Shown one piece after another: positions 11,937 through 25,074 of a DNA stretch of 64,000 nucleotides. The notes under the pieces were generated by a model. That model was not told where the DNA came from. It saw only the letters and a list, made by a program, of their open reading frames with translations, and searched no databases. The stretch is taken from positions 471,090-535,089 of the forward strand of contig JAAOMT010000299.1 of assembly GCA_016748015.1 (NCBI GenBank). The letters run 5' to 3'. Position 1 is the first letter of the stretch. Every line of letters begins with the position of its first letter. The translations under genes and the position numbers were made by a program. This DNA is from Geosiphon pyriformis uo1. Lineage: Eukaryota; Fungi; Glomeromycota.

Positions 11937-12919
11937 TGTTACCAGAGGTTTTTGGTCTCTTTTTTTTAATGTTGTTGATGGCTGTTTGCTGTAAATTCAC
12001 GTTTTTTGGATGTGGTTAAACCTCCAATAACTGAATTTATTTTCAAATTATCTCCTATAATTTGAACTGCTGGGCTTATAAGTGGAATGACCAATTTCTT
12101 GCCAGTTACTTTATGTAGTTACATTGTAGTAAATGTCAACTCTTTCCCAGGAATTGCTTGTCTGGAAGCTCACTAAAAATGTGTAGTTACTTTGCTGTGA
12201 AAGTCAACTCTTCTACAAGAATCTCGTCTGTAGGCTACCCTAATGATTATAATAAGAAAAATAAAAGAAAAGTAAAAAAAATGTAAAAGAAATTGAATTC
12301 TGTCAAGGGAAGCGTTTTCTATCGAGGCCTGAAGTCACTAACAGATTACTGAAATTGGTAGCTAATCAATTTCAAAATGTTAGTTGTGTTGAGAGAATTT
12401 CAAGTGTAATAATTAAGGAATTTGGTTTGTTTTCAAATTATTTGATTTTTATTTTTTTTTGTGTGTATAGAAGATAGTTCTAAGTGATAAATCTAAAGTA
12501 AGATACATTTCCTTGAAGAGAGAAGCTCTTCTTTTATACAACTTGTCATAACACTATTCTATGAACTTGAACTTTGCTATTTTCTATAATTTTGCTGAAC
12601 TAAAGATACATTTCGGCAAACTACAAGTTATTTCTGCAAACTATTAGATATTTTGGTGAATTATCAATTATTTTGGTGAATTTCTTACAAATTTCGGCGA
12701 ACTTTTTGAATGTTACATAGTTCGGGTATTGCATGATTGATCATCACAATTAAGTTACATTTGTGTTATGTACAAATTGAGTTATTAATTAAATGATAAT
12801 TTCGGATATTTTATTAATATAATAAGTGATAATTTGAAACAATAATATATGCTAATTAATGATAAGATTTATAAGGATAATTTCATGTTAAACAATGTTT
12901 CTAATTTCATCTGGTAACA
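11937..12919 (-). repeat. 5' LTR of element B (983 bp)
   Basis: TGTTACCAG...CTGGTAACA termini; highly similar to the E LTRs. Confidence 0.95.
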
Positions 12920-14728
12920 GCAGAAAAAGAAATTGTTGACCAAGGAGAAATTATCTCAATGGGTCAAACAATTTCTATTCCACCATATGGCCAATACATA
13001 ATAGGAATAAAGTGAAAGGTAAAAGAACAGAATCAGATTTTTGAAGCAGAACCAACCCTTTGTGAATTAGGAGAAATTGGATTTATCAATCTACACATAC
13101 CAGCCAAGAGCCATAACTATATCAAAATTTCTATCTACAACAACACTGGAAATATTGTAGAAATACCAGCCGGAACCACTATATGATACTTAAGCACTGA
13201 AATAGAGAATCAACTACCAAGCACCATTCTAAACTTTCCACAGTTTTGTGAATATGTCAATATTACATCACAAATGATATATGGACAAAGTGAAGGTTAT
13301 TTGCTCCAACCAGAACAATTGGAACAAATGAACATAGGAAACTTGGATCTATTCCAAAGTATGCAACTTAAGATGTTGCTCAACAATTTCAATGACATCT
13401 TTGCCAGCAAAAATGAGTTTGGCCGAACTGACATCATCCAGCATCAGATCAAGACTAGAGATGCAATGCCAATTAAACAAAGAGCATACAGAGTACCACC
13501 AGTTAGCCATGAGATTATTCGGTAAGAGATAAACCGAATGCTTGACAACGGGCTAATTCAGCCATCAATGGGCCCATGGTCATCACCAATGGTACTCATT
13601 TGTAAAAAGAATAAAAAGATCCACTTTTGTGTGGATTATAGAAAACTCAATGGAATAACTTGTGGAGATAGCTACTCCACTCCATGGATCCAAGAATTAT
13701 TCGATGCTTTTGGTAGAAACAAATAGTTTTCAACATTAGACCTAGACAGTGATTACTGGCAAGTAGCCATGGATCTAGCCAACAAAGAAAAGACAACATT
13801 CACCATCAGAGAAGGGAATTTTGAATTTGAAGTAATGCCATTTGGCTTAACCAATACACCAGCCACTTTCCAATGGCTAATGGAAATTGTTTATACTGGC
13901 TTATTGTGGAAATCAGTAGTTGTATACTTGGACGACACCAATGTATTCTCAAAAACATTTGATGATCATCTTTATCATCTTCAACAAGTGTTCGAAAAAC
14001 TAAGAAGAGCAGGACTAAAGTTAAATGCAACAAAGTGTTTTTTTGGTAAAACAGAACTAAAATTCTTGGAACACATAGTCAGCAAAAATGGCATCAAAAC
14101 GGATCCAGAGAAAATAGAGATAGTAAAGAACTTTCCAGTGCTGACAAATATGACAGAACTGAAATCATTCTTGGGATTCGCCAGCTACTATTGATGTTTT
14201 ATCAAGAACTTTTCCAAGATAGCGCAGCTACTCAACCAACTGCAAACCAAAAATACAAAATATGAATGGACAGAAAGTCAACAAAAAGCTTTTGATATTC
14301 TGAGAAGAAAGTTCATTTAAACTCCAGTACTGATCTATTCAGATTACAGCAAACTATTTATCATTACCACCAATGCATCTGGCCAAGCATTGAGAGCAGT
14401 ACTATCTCAGAGAGAACTAGACGGCAGGGAACATCTAATAGCATATGCTAGCAGAAGTTTAACACCAGCCGAAAAGAACTATAGAACACCGGAACAAGAA
14501 CACTTAGCGATATACTGAGCAGTCATGAAATGGAAAGAATACTTGAGCCAGAAGTTTGAGATGTATACAGATCACAAAGGATTAACATCACTCCAAAAAC
14601 AAGAATTTGGAGATGGAAGACAATCAAGATAGAAAATGGCACTTGCACTATATAATTATACAATACATTATAAAAAGGGAAAAGACAACAAAAATGCTGA
14701 CAGTTTATCACAAATGAGACAAATTTAA
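12920..14728 (+). pseudogene. Element C pol (linker, RT, RNase H), ending at ...MRQI*
   Basis: FCVDYRKLN, FEVMPFGL, YLDD, AYASRSL and NADSLS motifs, with stops. Confidence 0.92.
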
Positions 14729-14789
14729 GGACATTTCAACCCAAAAATATAACAAAACCAAAACAATACTCACAAAAATATAACAAAAG

Positions 14790-16172
14790 ATGAACACACA
14801 AAAATATTAACAACTTTAACATTATATAAATACTCAACAGTTCAAGGAGAATTTATCTCAAACGGAATGAAAGAGTATCAAACAACAATCAAAATATTTT
14901 ATCACTCACCAAAATATACTTTATCGGAAAAATAGAAGGGATCCAGATCAACCAACCAGAGTAATTACAGAGCCAGAAAAAGAGACCATATTATTTAACA
15001 TGCACTCAAATCTAACAGCAGAACATTTTCACAAAGAAGCAACCATAGAAAGAACCAGAAAAAGATACTATTGGCCATCAATATATCCAGACATCATTCA
15101 ATATATTCAAAATTGTGATGCTTGTCAAAGAAGAGGAAGAACAAGACCCAGCAAACCATTGAGACCAATCAAAATGGAACAATCATTTGATCATATTGGA
15201 ATTGATTTAGTTGGACCATTAACAATTACCAGCAGAGGAAACAGATACATAGCAGTAGCTATGGACTATCTCACTAAATGGCCAGAGGTAAAAGCAATTC
15301 AAAGAGCAGATGCAAAATCTGTTGCTGAATTCATTTATCAGGATTTGATTTGTTGACATGGATGTCCAAAAGAATTATTATCAGACCAAGGAACTCATTT
15401 TGTAAACAAAACATTAACAGAATTGAGCCAAAGATTCGGAATTAAGAGACCACTATTATCACCATACCATCCACAAACCAACAGATTAGTCGAAAGATTC
15501 AACAGAACATTGTATGAAGCAATAGCTAAGCTCAACCAAGAAAATCAGAACGATTAGAACATGTTGATACCATCAGTACTATTTGTTTATTGAACAATGA
15601 AGCAAGACACTACACAAGCAACACCATTTGAATTAGTATATGATAGAACAGCAACATTACCAGTGGAGATAGAGGTCAACACATATCTAACTGAACCAAT
15701 AACAGAAGAGAATTTCCAAGAAACATTGTTAAGAAGAACATATGACTTAATGGAAACAGTGGAAAACAAACGAAAAAAAGCAGCTGATAACATACAAAAG
15801 TTACAAAAGAAACAGAAAGAAAGACATGATAATCAACTACCAGACAAACCAGTTGAATTCAAGATTGAAGACAAAGTACTCTTATATTGTACCAAAGCAG
15901 AAAAACAATGGAGTAGAAAATTTGACTCCAAATAGGACAGACCATTTCACATAGAAGAAATTCTAGGAAATGGAGCTTACAAATTAAAACTGGACAACAA
16001 AATCTTAACCAAAGCAGCACATGGAGATCAACTGAAACCATACCACAACACCATACCACCATTTACCAGTAATATTCTACAATTAGAAGTACAGAGAATA
16101 CTAGTCCAACCAGATCAGATTCCACGAAATCTGTAACCAATCATTATTATTGACAACAACACGTCAAATTAA
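14790..16172 (+). pseudogene. Element C integrase (separate ORF)
   Basis: ATG at 14790; MHSN..EH / CDAC, GIDLVGP, SDQG, ERFN and a GPY/F-like C-terminal module. Confidence 0.9.
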
Positions 16173-16226
16173 TCCATCAAAAGAATATATAAAGACAAGG
16201 TAGACGCGACAGGAAATATCAGAAAA

Positions 16227-16850
16227 ATGGAAATTACAGACAACATTTACTTATTAGCACAACAATTCTTTCAATTAATCCAATACCAGGAAATGAAGAT
16301 TACAATCAATCAACAAACCATTCAATATCAAAATACCAGAAAAACATTACAACCCAAAACACAGAAGAAAACTGAAAATACTGTGGACAAAATTATTGCA
16401 AAAGTAAAATTAGCAATAAAAGAGTCGACAAAAAAGTCACTATATCAAGAGTTGACTAAAGAAACTTGGAATTGGTGGATACAACAATTTTCATAAAACT
16501 ATTGTTATTTTTACTTGGGACAACATGTAAATATCCAGAATCTATATACGGATAAAACAAAGCAATTATTCGACAAAAAAATACTACAAAAATTAGAACA
16601 TTTTGTGAGAAAGAACAACTTATTCACACAGGCCCAAGCTATATACCAAATACACACAGCATTTCAGGATAGACCAGAAATATTACTCAACAAAGCAATG
16701 GATATGGTTACCAGTAATCAATTGGAAAAGATTACCAATGCTCAATTTGAAAAATTACAGACCCAAATAACACAAATAATTCTCGAAAACAAAATCCAGG
16801 AAATACTTCAAGAAGAAGAATTAAACAAGTTGGATTTTGATAAAGCTTAA
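16227..16850 (+). pseudogene. Element C ORF3, unknown protein, one premature stop
   Basis: ORFs 16227..16496 and 16515..16850 are in the same frame; motifs YCYFYLG, AIYQIHTAF and ITNAQFEKL are shared with the other ORF3s. Confidence 0.8.
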
Positions 16851-16869
16851 TATTAAAAGGAGAGAATAA

Positions 16870-17747
16870 TGTTACTCATAGAAATATAGAAAATATATTA
16901 GCATAATTATTAGCCAATCAGAAGTAGGCATAATAAATGTGAAATTCCAGGATTTCTCTCAGGAATTACAGGATTTCAGAAATTTCAGGATTCCCCAATG
17001 AGAAATCACAGAATTTCAGAATTCCAGAATTCCTCTCAAAGAAATCGCAGGATTCCAGGAATTCCAGGATTCCTGTCATGAAGAATCGAGAAATTGAAGA
17101 ATCTTAATTATGTATATATAGCAGCAGAATTAAAAGCTGAAAAGACAGACCTCTTAGTTTAGATTTAATCTAAGCAATTCTCCAAATCACAATCATTTAA
17201 TAAATAACTATTTGTTATCTCAAACTCCTTTCCACTATCAACATAAAGTGTTGATAGTAATTGATACTTAACCACACTAGAACAATAGCTCTTGATCATG
17301 GCTATTGATGGAATATTAATTTGCAAATTGCCTTGGCTTATTTCTTTTCTTTCTTTATTTTATTTTCTTTTCTTTATTTTTCTTGCTTTGATTTTATTGT
17401 TGTTTACTAACTCTATTGAGGATTAATGTGCAGGGCACTGACGTCAGGATAAACGTGACTGGTAAAAGACCCAGAAATAAGAATAGAACACTCGATTGAG
17501 GATAGCTTACCAGAAAGAATACCAGCCATTAAGCTGAGAAAGAAATTGACGAAACTGCAGTTTCAGGAAGCTATGGATAAAACTATCACCATTGAATCTC
17601 TGTCTATTATACAAAGAACTCAACCAAATCCTTCAAATACAAAACCTTCAGATACTAAACCTTTAGATCATCGACAATGAGAATAGCTTTAAGCACCAAG
17701 TTACGGGTTTGTATTTAATTCAACACCAGAAATTGTTACCTGTAACA
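16870..17747 (+). repeat. 3' LTR of element C (878 bp)
   Basis: TGTTAC...TGTAACA termini; U3 tandem GGAATTCCAGGATTCC-like repeats, TATATATA near 17114, AATAAA at 17199. Confidence 0.92.
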
Positions 17748-20700
17748 ATGTCCAACTTTTGGACTTGTTAATACATGCTCTTAGATTATGTTAATAATGG
17801 TGTCTTTTTTGATGTGATAAAAAAGATTGATATAAAAGAATTGTCTTTGGTTGTTAATAATTTGCTAAATAATAAGACTGCCAGGTTGTCAGAGATACCT
17901 AATAAACTTTGAAAACATTGTGATAGTAAGATGTTAATTTATTATTTGAGGCTGTTGAATTTGTGTTTAATTTTAAGTAAAGTTCCAATTTCTTAAAAGA
18001 GAGCATAGGTTTCAATGATCCTAAAATTTTATAAATGGAATGGCATTTTGATAAATACTAAGTCTATTGCATTAATTGAAACAGCTTGAAAGATATTGTC
18101 TAAGATTTTTTTTGATAGAATCTTATTAGCATATAACAAATTTAATGTTCTTTATGATGATAATTTTTTAGTATTAAAAAGTACTTCAATTCAGTCTTCT
18201 ATTTTTGCCATTAGATCAATTGTTGAGAATGCTTTAGAAAAAAACAAAGAGCTTTGGTTAATATTATAAAATATGTACAAAGCTTATGATTTGGTAAACT
18301 GATATTATTTGAAGACTAATTTGCACTATATTAAGATATGTAGTTAGTTTATCAGATTTTTTGGCAGTATTCATGAAGATCAGATCAATAAAATAATAAC
18401 AAATTTTGAATTCTTAAATAATTATAAAGTACATGATAACTTGGATCAGAATGAGGTTTTTTTTTTACTTTTTTGGAGGATTTTTTATAATCCACTTTTG
18501 TATAAAGTGAGAAGACATAAACATTTGTGTAGATATTGTATTGATACTAGATTTGTGGCAAAAACTAACAGGTTTAAGACTATTAAAGGAAAGATTTTCT
18601 TTTTAGCAGCTGATGTTTTTATTGATGATACAATTTGAGTTAAAAGTTGTTAAGCTTTTATATAATATATTTTAAATATTGTTAATAAGTTTTTTGATAT
18701 TAATAATATTTTAATTAATAATGATAAGACAGTGGCTATTTTTATCAATCAAGGTGTTAAGTATGTATTTCTGTTAATTAATGATTTATCTATCTTAATT
18801 GCTAAAAAAAATAAATTACATAGATATTTGGGTATTTTTTTATTTACTGAGGATTTTTTTAAGTCTAGTTTGGCTTAAACTTATGCAAATATTAGGTTTT
18901 TTTTTAATGTGCTATTAAAGAAAGCTATTATGAATAAACAATTTTTTTATTTGGTTTCAGCTGTTCTGCAGTTTATAGTTAGCTATTAAATACAGTTTAG
19001 TTTTGTTTCAGTGGGTGTATGTTGCAAATAAGATGTAATAGTCAGAAAGTGTCTTAAGACCAAAACTGGTCTATTACATGACTTTTTTAATAAGATTTTG
19101 TATTATTCATTACTGTATAATTTAAAATCTTTTAAGCAAGTGCAGTTTAAGAAGAAGTTGGCTTTATTGGTTTTTTTTCCAATATTTGTGACATTCTTAG
19201 ATGTTTTTTTAAGCATAAATTTTTGGATCTGCAGGTTTTGGTGTGGTCTTCTTTAAATTTTTTACAGTTTTTTATTAAATTGTGTGTTAGTTCTATGAAT
19301 AATTTCTTGGCTGGTGCAGTGAAAATTTTTTTGGAAAATAAATTGTTTTTGACAAACCACTTGTCTAATGCCTTTTACAAGTTAAATAAGTTTCTGATGT
19401 CTAACATCTTAGAACAACTCTTGTATTACAACTCTGTTTTTTCTTTAAAACAGTTTGGTATTAGGTTTGGTAATAGACTTCTGGACAAAAAAAAAATATA
19501 ATGGACTGGAAAACATTTCAGTGGTGGAAAAAATTGGATTTAAAAGGCCTTGTGTTTTACTGATTTATGCTAACACTTGATTTTATGAGCAAAAATGGTT
19601 TTTTGCAGACCAAGTCTGCTGTTATTTCTAAATTGCCTGTGCTGAATGTCTTGAAATTCAAGCAGTTTTGTAATGTTCATAATTATTTATTAGAAATTTG
19701 GTCTGATTGTATTGAAGTCTATACAGATGGGTTTTTGAAAGATACTGGTTCTATTGAGATAACATATGAAATGGCTGCTTATTTTTTGGCTGCAGATGTG
19801 AGTGTTGGAATTAGAGTATATAGGCTTTTATCTTCTACTTTGACTGAATTGCAAGCTGTTGCTTTAGCTTTGGAGTGTGTTTTGTTTTTATGTGCTGTAG
19901 TTCTGTATTTGGATAGCCAATCTGCAATTAATGCTTATGTATCTGAGACTTTGTTTGCAGTATCTGATTTCTGTAATCAATGTTAAATTGGATAATTGCA
20001 TATAATTAATCTTATTAGGGATAAAAACATTTTGGTTAAGTAAGTAAAAGTTAAAAAACATTCAGAAATTCTAGGCAATATTAAGGCTAATAAACTGGTT
20101 GACAAAACCACTTCTTTTTCTTGTTCTTTGCAAGTAGAGATTTGAGAATGGTTTTTGGTTACTAAGAATACTGTTGTGTTTAGTAACATTTATCATTTTG
20201 TTTGTAATCTGTACTGTTCAATTTGCCATGCTTATTAAGAAGCTGGTTCTGGTTTTAGTGTTGTTCTGAGTGTTATGATCAGGAAAATAGATTGGGCTAC
20301 TATTATGATAATTTGGCATTCTAATTTGTATATGCTTTCTGAATTTACTAGTAGAAAATTGGCTAATCTATATACATATATAATGAAAGCAGTACATAAA
20401 TGACAGTTAATAACAGTTAAAAAGAGATTATATAATAAGAATTATCTTGAAGTACTGTGCTTATTATATGACAAAGTAGAGTTGTCTGACCATGTTTTTA
20501 CTTGTTTTAGTAATATTGGTCTTCATGAAGACATTTTTGCTAAAACTACTAAGAAGTAGATATTATTAAAAGATTTTTTTGCTTGCCTACTTCTGCTGTT
20601 TTGCATTTACTTTTGATGTGTGCTTTGAATGTGATTCTGTACACTATAATTTACAAAGGCTTTGTGTTAAGAGATTGATATGCTAAGACTGTTCTGGTCT

Positions 20701-21125
20701 TTGAGGAGAAAAAAAAGACTTTTCTAATTTTGGTTAAATATGTTTAGTTTGTGATAGAGTTATATTACACTAAAGTGTAGTTAATTAGATCTAAATATAA
20801 GGTAAATATAGAAAAAGTGGGTTTGATCAAGGATAATGGCTTGGTTGTGAACTTATTTTATTGTGTAGTGTCTATATTGTTAAATGAAATAGTTTATATG
20901 CTTAGTATTATGAAATTTTTTCTATTAGTTTTGGTAAACATAAGTTGTGTCATTTCTTTTTTGGTTTAAATAGTGATGTTTTTATTAGTATAGATATATA
21001 ATATTGTTTTAACTGGCCTGAGTGGCTGGCTACATATAGTTAATATATAAGCTGTATTTAATTTGATTCTATATACTAGATAGCAGTTGGGCTTTATTTA
21101 TTAAATCTTATAATAATAATAAAAA
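17748..21125 (+). mobile_element. Non-LTR retrotransposon LINE-1, 3' part of ORF2 (RT, RNase H, C-terminal Cys/His motif), 3' UTR and (TAA)n/A tail; heavily decayed
   Basis: Collinear with LINE-2 ORF2; FIDDT, VYTDG, TELQAVALAL, DSQSA and DHVFTC motifs; shared 3' UTR motif GG(C/T)CTGAGTGGCTGG. Confidence 0.9.
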
Positions 21126-23818
21126 TTATATAGTTATTTTGTAATAAATATCAATTTTTTACAGAAATTTTTTGTTTATAAGCTTTTCAAAATATTAATA
21201 ATTATTTTGTTGTAAAAATCAACTCTTTTATAAAAAGTTTTAACTATAAACTATTTAATAATATGAAAAAATAAAAAAAAATAAAAAATAAAAAATGTTT
21301 AAAAAAGTTATTTTCAGTTTAAACTTAAAAGTTTTTAATAATTATTAAAATTAATAACTAATTAATTTTAAATTATTAAGTATAATAAGTAATATCAAAA
21401 CAATAATAATTAAAAATTTTTGTGTTTTCAAAATAAAATTTATTAAATTAATTTATAATAGCTAATTATTAATTTTTATTAAGATAGAAAATAAAAAATA
21501 TATTCTAATAAAGATATATTTTCTTAAAAAAAAACTTTTTTTTATACAATTTATTATAGTACTATTTTATGCTTTAATACTTTTTTTTTGATTATTTTAG
21601 CAAATTAAAAATATATTTTATTAAATTTTAAATATTATATAGTTTAAAAAATATATAATCTAATTATTACAATTTAATTATATTTGTGTTTTTTACAAAT
21701 TAGATTATTAATTAAATTATAATTTGTTAATTTTAATAAAATAATAAATAATAATTTGAAATAATAATATATACTAATTAATAATAAAAATTATAAAAGT
21801 AATTTTATGCTAATTAATAGTTCAAATTTTTGCTAATAATACTAATTACTTAAGCCAATTAAAACAATATTACTTAATTATATCTATTATTATATTTTTA
21901 TTTAAATTACAAAAAAAAACAAGATTTATGCAAACCAAAATTAATTGTAAATGTTTTAACAATACTAATTATATAAATTATACTTTTTAAAAACCTAACA
22001 AACAAATAATTTTATAAATATAATATAATATTATCATTACTTACTAATTTATTTAATTTTTTTATTACTTTAAATTTAGATCTATATATTTAAATTTTAT
22101 TTTTGTAATTTATAACTAATTAATAAACAAAAATTATTAACTTATTATCTATTTATTTTATATTTTCAAAACTAAAGCAATATTATTATACTAATTTTTT
22201 AAAATTATTTTTTTGTAAATAATAATATACAAATTATTATTAAATACACTAAAAATTAATATTTACAAAACAAATAATAATAAAACACAAATATTAGTTA
22301 AAGTTTTCTAATAATTAATGTGTTTTAATAAAATATTTTTACATTTTTTAAACATATAAAAACATAATTTAAAAATTTTATTTCTGTATAATATAAATAT
22401 TAAACATCTAAATACAATTTATTATAAACTTTTTTTTTAATTGTTATTTATAAAACTAAAAAACATATGTGAATTAAAATATTATACTAATGTTGTATAT
22501 TTTTAATTTATGTTTTAAATAAATAATCTAATTATTATTTTTAAACCAAAATTTAATTTTCAATAAACATATATTACAGATTTATATATATTTTTAATAA
22601 AATGCTAAATATTTTTAAAAACAATATATTTATTTGTCAAAATATTTATTTTCAAACAAAACAGAAAAGTATAAGAATAAAAAAGTTATTTTATCTATAA
22701 ATATATCTATTTTCTTATTTTTATTAATTTTAAAATAATTTTAAATTTTAAATTATATAACTAAAATATTTTTATTATTTAATAAATTAGTTATATGCTG
22801 TTTTTTAATCTAACAATAATTATAAAAATTTAAAACAATTAAGTAAAATTTAATATTATAAATATTTAAAGCTATTTAATTATTTAAATAAATTCTTATT
22901 ATATTAAATATATATTTTTTATTAAGTTTTATGAGTGCAGTTCAATTACTACTTAAAAACATACAATCAAAAAAGATTTTAAATTAAGTATGATTTATGT
23001 TTTTTCTACATATAATCAGTTACTCAAGTTAATTAAAACAATACTATACACTTATATTACTCACTACAGAAAAGTTCTGCATAAAACCAAAATACAAACT
23101 AGTTAAAAAAATATGTAGTTCAAAACAAACATGTATATTCAATCTAATACCAAAATTATAAATTATTTTAAGAGTTTACAAAAACAATAAATCCAAAATA
23201 GATAAAATAATTAATCTATTATAAAACAAGAGACCACATCTTTTATAATGTGTTCTTAGTTATATGTCTAGCAATCAAATAGCAACTCTATAACTTTCAA
23301 CAAAATTCCAAACCAAATTAATAACTATCATATTACTATTAAATTTAACATCTAACAAATATACTATTTTAGTCATCTATTTCTTTAATACAAAGTTTTT
23401 AGCCAGTAATATATATAAGCAACTAAAAAATTCAATCTTATATAAAGATCAGATTACTTTATAATTAGCAGCACAAGCACTCAGCAAATCAATTTATTTT
23501 TGAATAGTGTTTAAGATTAGGTTTTTTCTAATATAATTGTTATAAATATATAAAAATATGTAATCAGAGTTTTTGATTAGTCTACACTAAATACATAATA
23601 TACTAAAATAATTTAAGTTATATAGTCTTTTTTTCTTGGCTACAGATAAATAGTAATATAAGATCTTTATAAAGTAGAATCAAAATATTGCAAAAACAGA
23701 GCTAATAAAACCAAATTTAACATAATTATTAGAATATTATATGTTAAAGATTTTGTACATATTAAAAAGATTATAAAACATCATATTTACAGTACTATTA
23801 ATGCATTTGGATTTTTAG
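21126..23818. other. Extremely AT-rich degenerate DNA, probably an old repeat relic
   Basis: Almost no G/C over 21126-22930, no long ORFs; slightly more complex from 22930 to 23818. Confidence 0.6.
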
Positions 23819-24261
23819 TATTACAGATAATTATTTGGAGTCTTAAATCAAATAACAAAACTTGTAACTTGGTGCTCAGAAGCTATTTACAATAATGGTA
23901 ATCTGAAGGTATTGTTATCTGAAGGTTTTTTGTTGAGTTTTTTGTATAATGAACAGAGATTCAATAGTTGTTTATCTATAGCTTCCCAGAATCACAATTC
24001 TGTCAATTTCTTTTTTTAGCTTAATGGTTAGTACTCTTCTGGTAAGTAATTTGTAATTCTTTTATATGTTTTACTTACTCACAGAGGTCTTTTATCAGGC
24101 AATCCTTGACATCAATAACTCAGTGCTTTAATCTTTTAATCGATTAGTACACAACAAAAGAAAAATAAAAAGAAAATAAAAAGAAAATAAAAAAAAATAA
24201 AAAAAATAAAAATAAAGAAATAAGCTAAGATGATAAAAGTTAATATCTCATCAATAATTGT

Positions 24262-25054
24262 TGTTATAGTTCAAGAATTTAATAGAAATTATAAATAATA
24301 TAAATTAGTCAATCATGAAATAGCACAGTAACAATTTATAAAAAGAAATAATTTACAAATAACAGTAAGTACTATTTTACAATAGTATCAAGCACTATCA
24401 TGCAATAGTAGCAAGCACTATTTAGAAATAACGGAAATAGAGTATTACAAGACATTATTTTGTAAAACAATAATTATATATATATACAATAGTTTTTAAT
24501 GATGAAAAAAAACAAGCTTTAACTAAAAGCAACAAATATCTAAATAAAATCTTATTCAAAAAAAAAAAATTAATAAAAATAATAAATTAGATGAACATTA
24601 CAATTATGAAATTAACAATAGAATTCACATACCCTCTTTAGTGAATGAAACTATCATTCCATCTTTAAACTCTTTGGAAAAATAATTCCTGATCAAGATT
24701 ATTCATGTAATTACTAATTAAATTGAAAAAGCTTATTATATACTTAGGGAAATCACGAAAAAACCATTAACATTCCGTGTTTTTAGATTAGAGAAACACA
24801 TCAGACAATTGCAAGGATAGCCTTAGAGAAGACCCCAGACAGCAGGTAAATTTCAGATTAGCTTCTGAGAAGAAGTACACAACATACAAAGACAACTAGA
24901 ACTAGAGAAAAGACTTACATTACAACATCAAAAGAAAACCTTTAGTACATTATCATTAATATCCAACACATAATAGAAGAACTTATGAGAGACTGATTTC
25001 AATTAAAACAGGAGATCAACAATTAAAATATACCAAGAAAACCATCCCATAACA
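24262..25054 (+). repeat. 5' LTR of D (793 bp)
   Basis: TGTTA...TAACA termini; direct repeat of 33035-33850, lacking one 23-bp tandem unit. Confidence 0.95.
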
Positions 25055-25056
25055 TT

Positions 25057-25074
25057 TGGTAAACCCTACGAGGA
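25057..25074 (+). promoter_or_regulatory. PBS of D (TGGTAAACCCTACGAGGA, decayed)
   Basis: TGG 2 nt after the 5' LTR. Confidence 0.75.

Larger units (their letters stand above)
6902..12919 (-). mobile_element. Gypsy element B (family 1), 5' half; cut in RT by A and inserted into element C
   Basis: Collinear with element E (about 49975-56006); LTR, PBS, gag, PR, Cys-rich domain, dUTPase and RT on the minus strand. Confidence 0.95.
12920..17747 (+). mobile_element. Gypsy element C (family 2), 3' half; cut just after dUTPase by B and inserted into LINE-1 ORF2
   Basis: RT, RNase H, IN, ORF3, PPT (AAAAGGAGAGAATAA) and LTR; collinear with F in reverse complement. Confidence 0.93.

Noticed and set aside
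16940-17100. Regularly spaced palindromic repeats resembling a CRISPR array (also 33120-33220 and 34960-35100)
   Set aside because: These are degenerate tandem units inside LTR U3, with no unique spacers, no cas genes, and a eukaryotic context.
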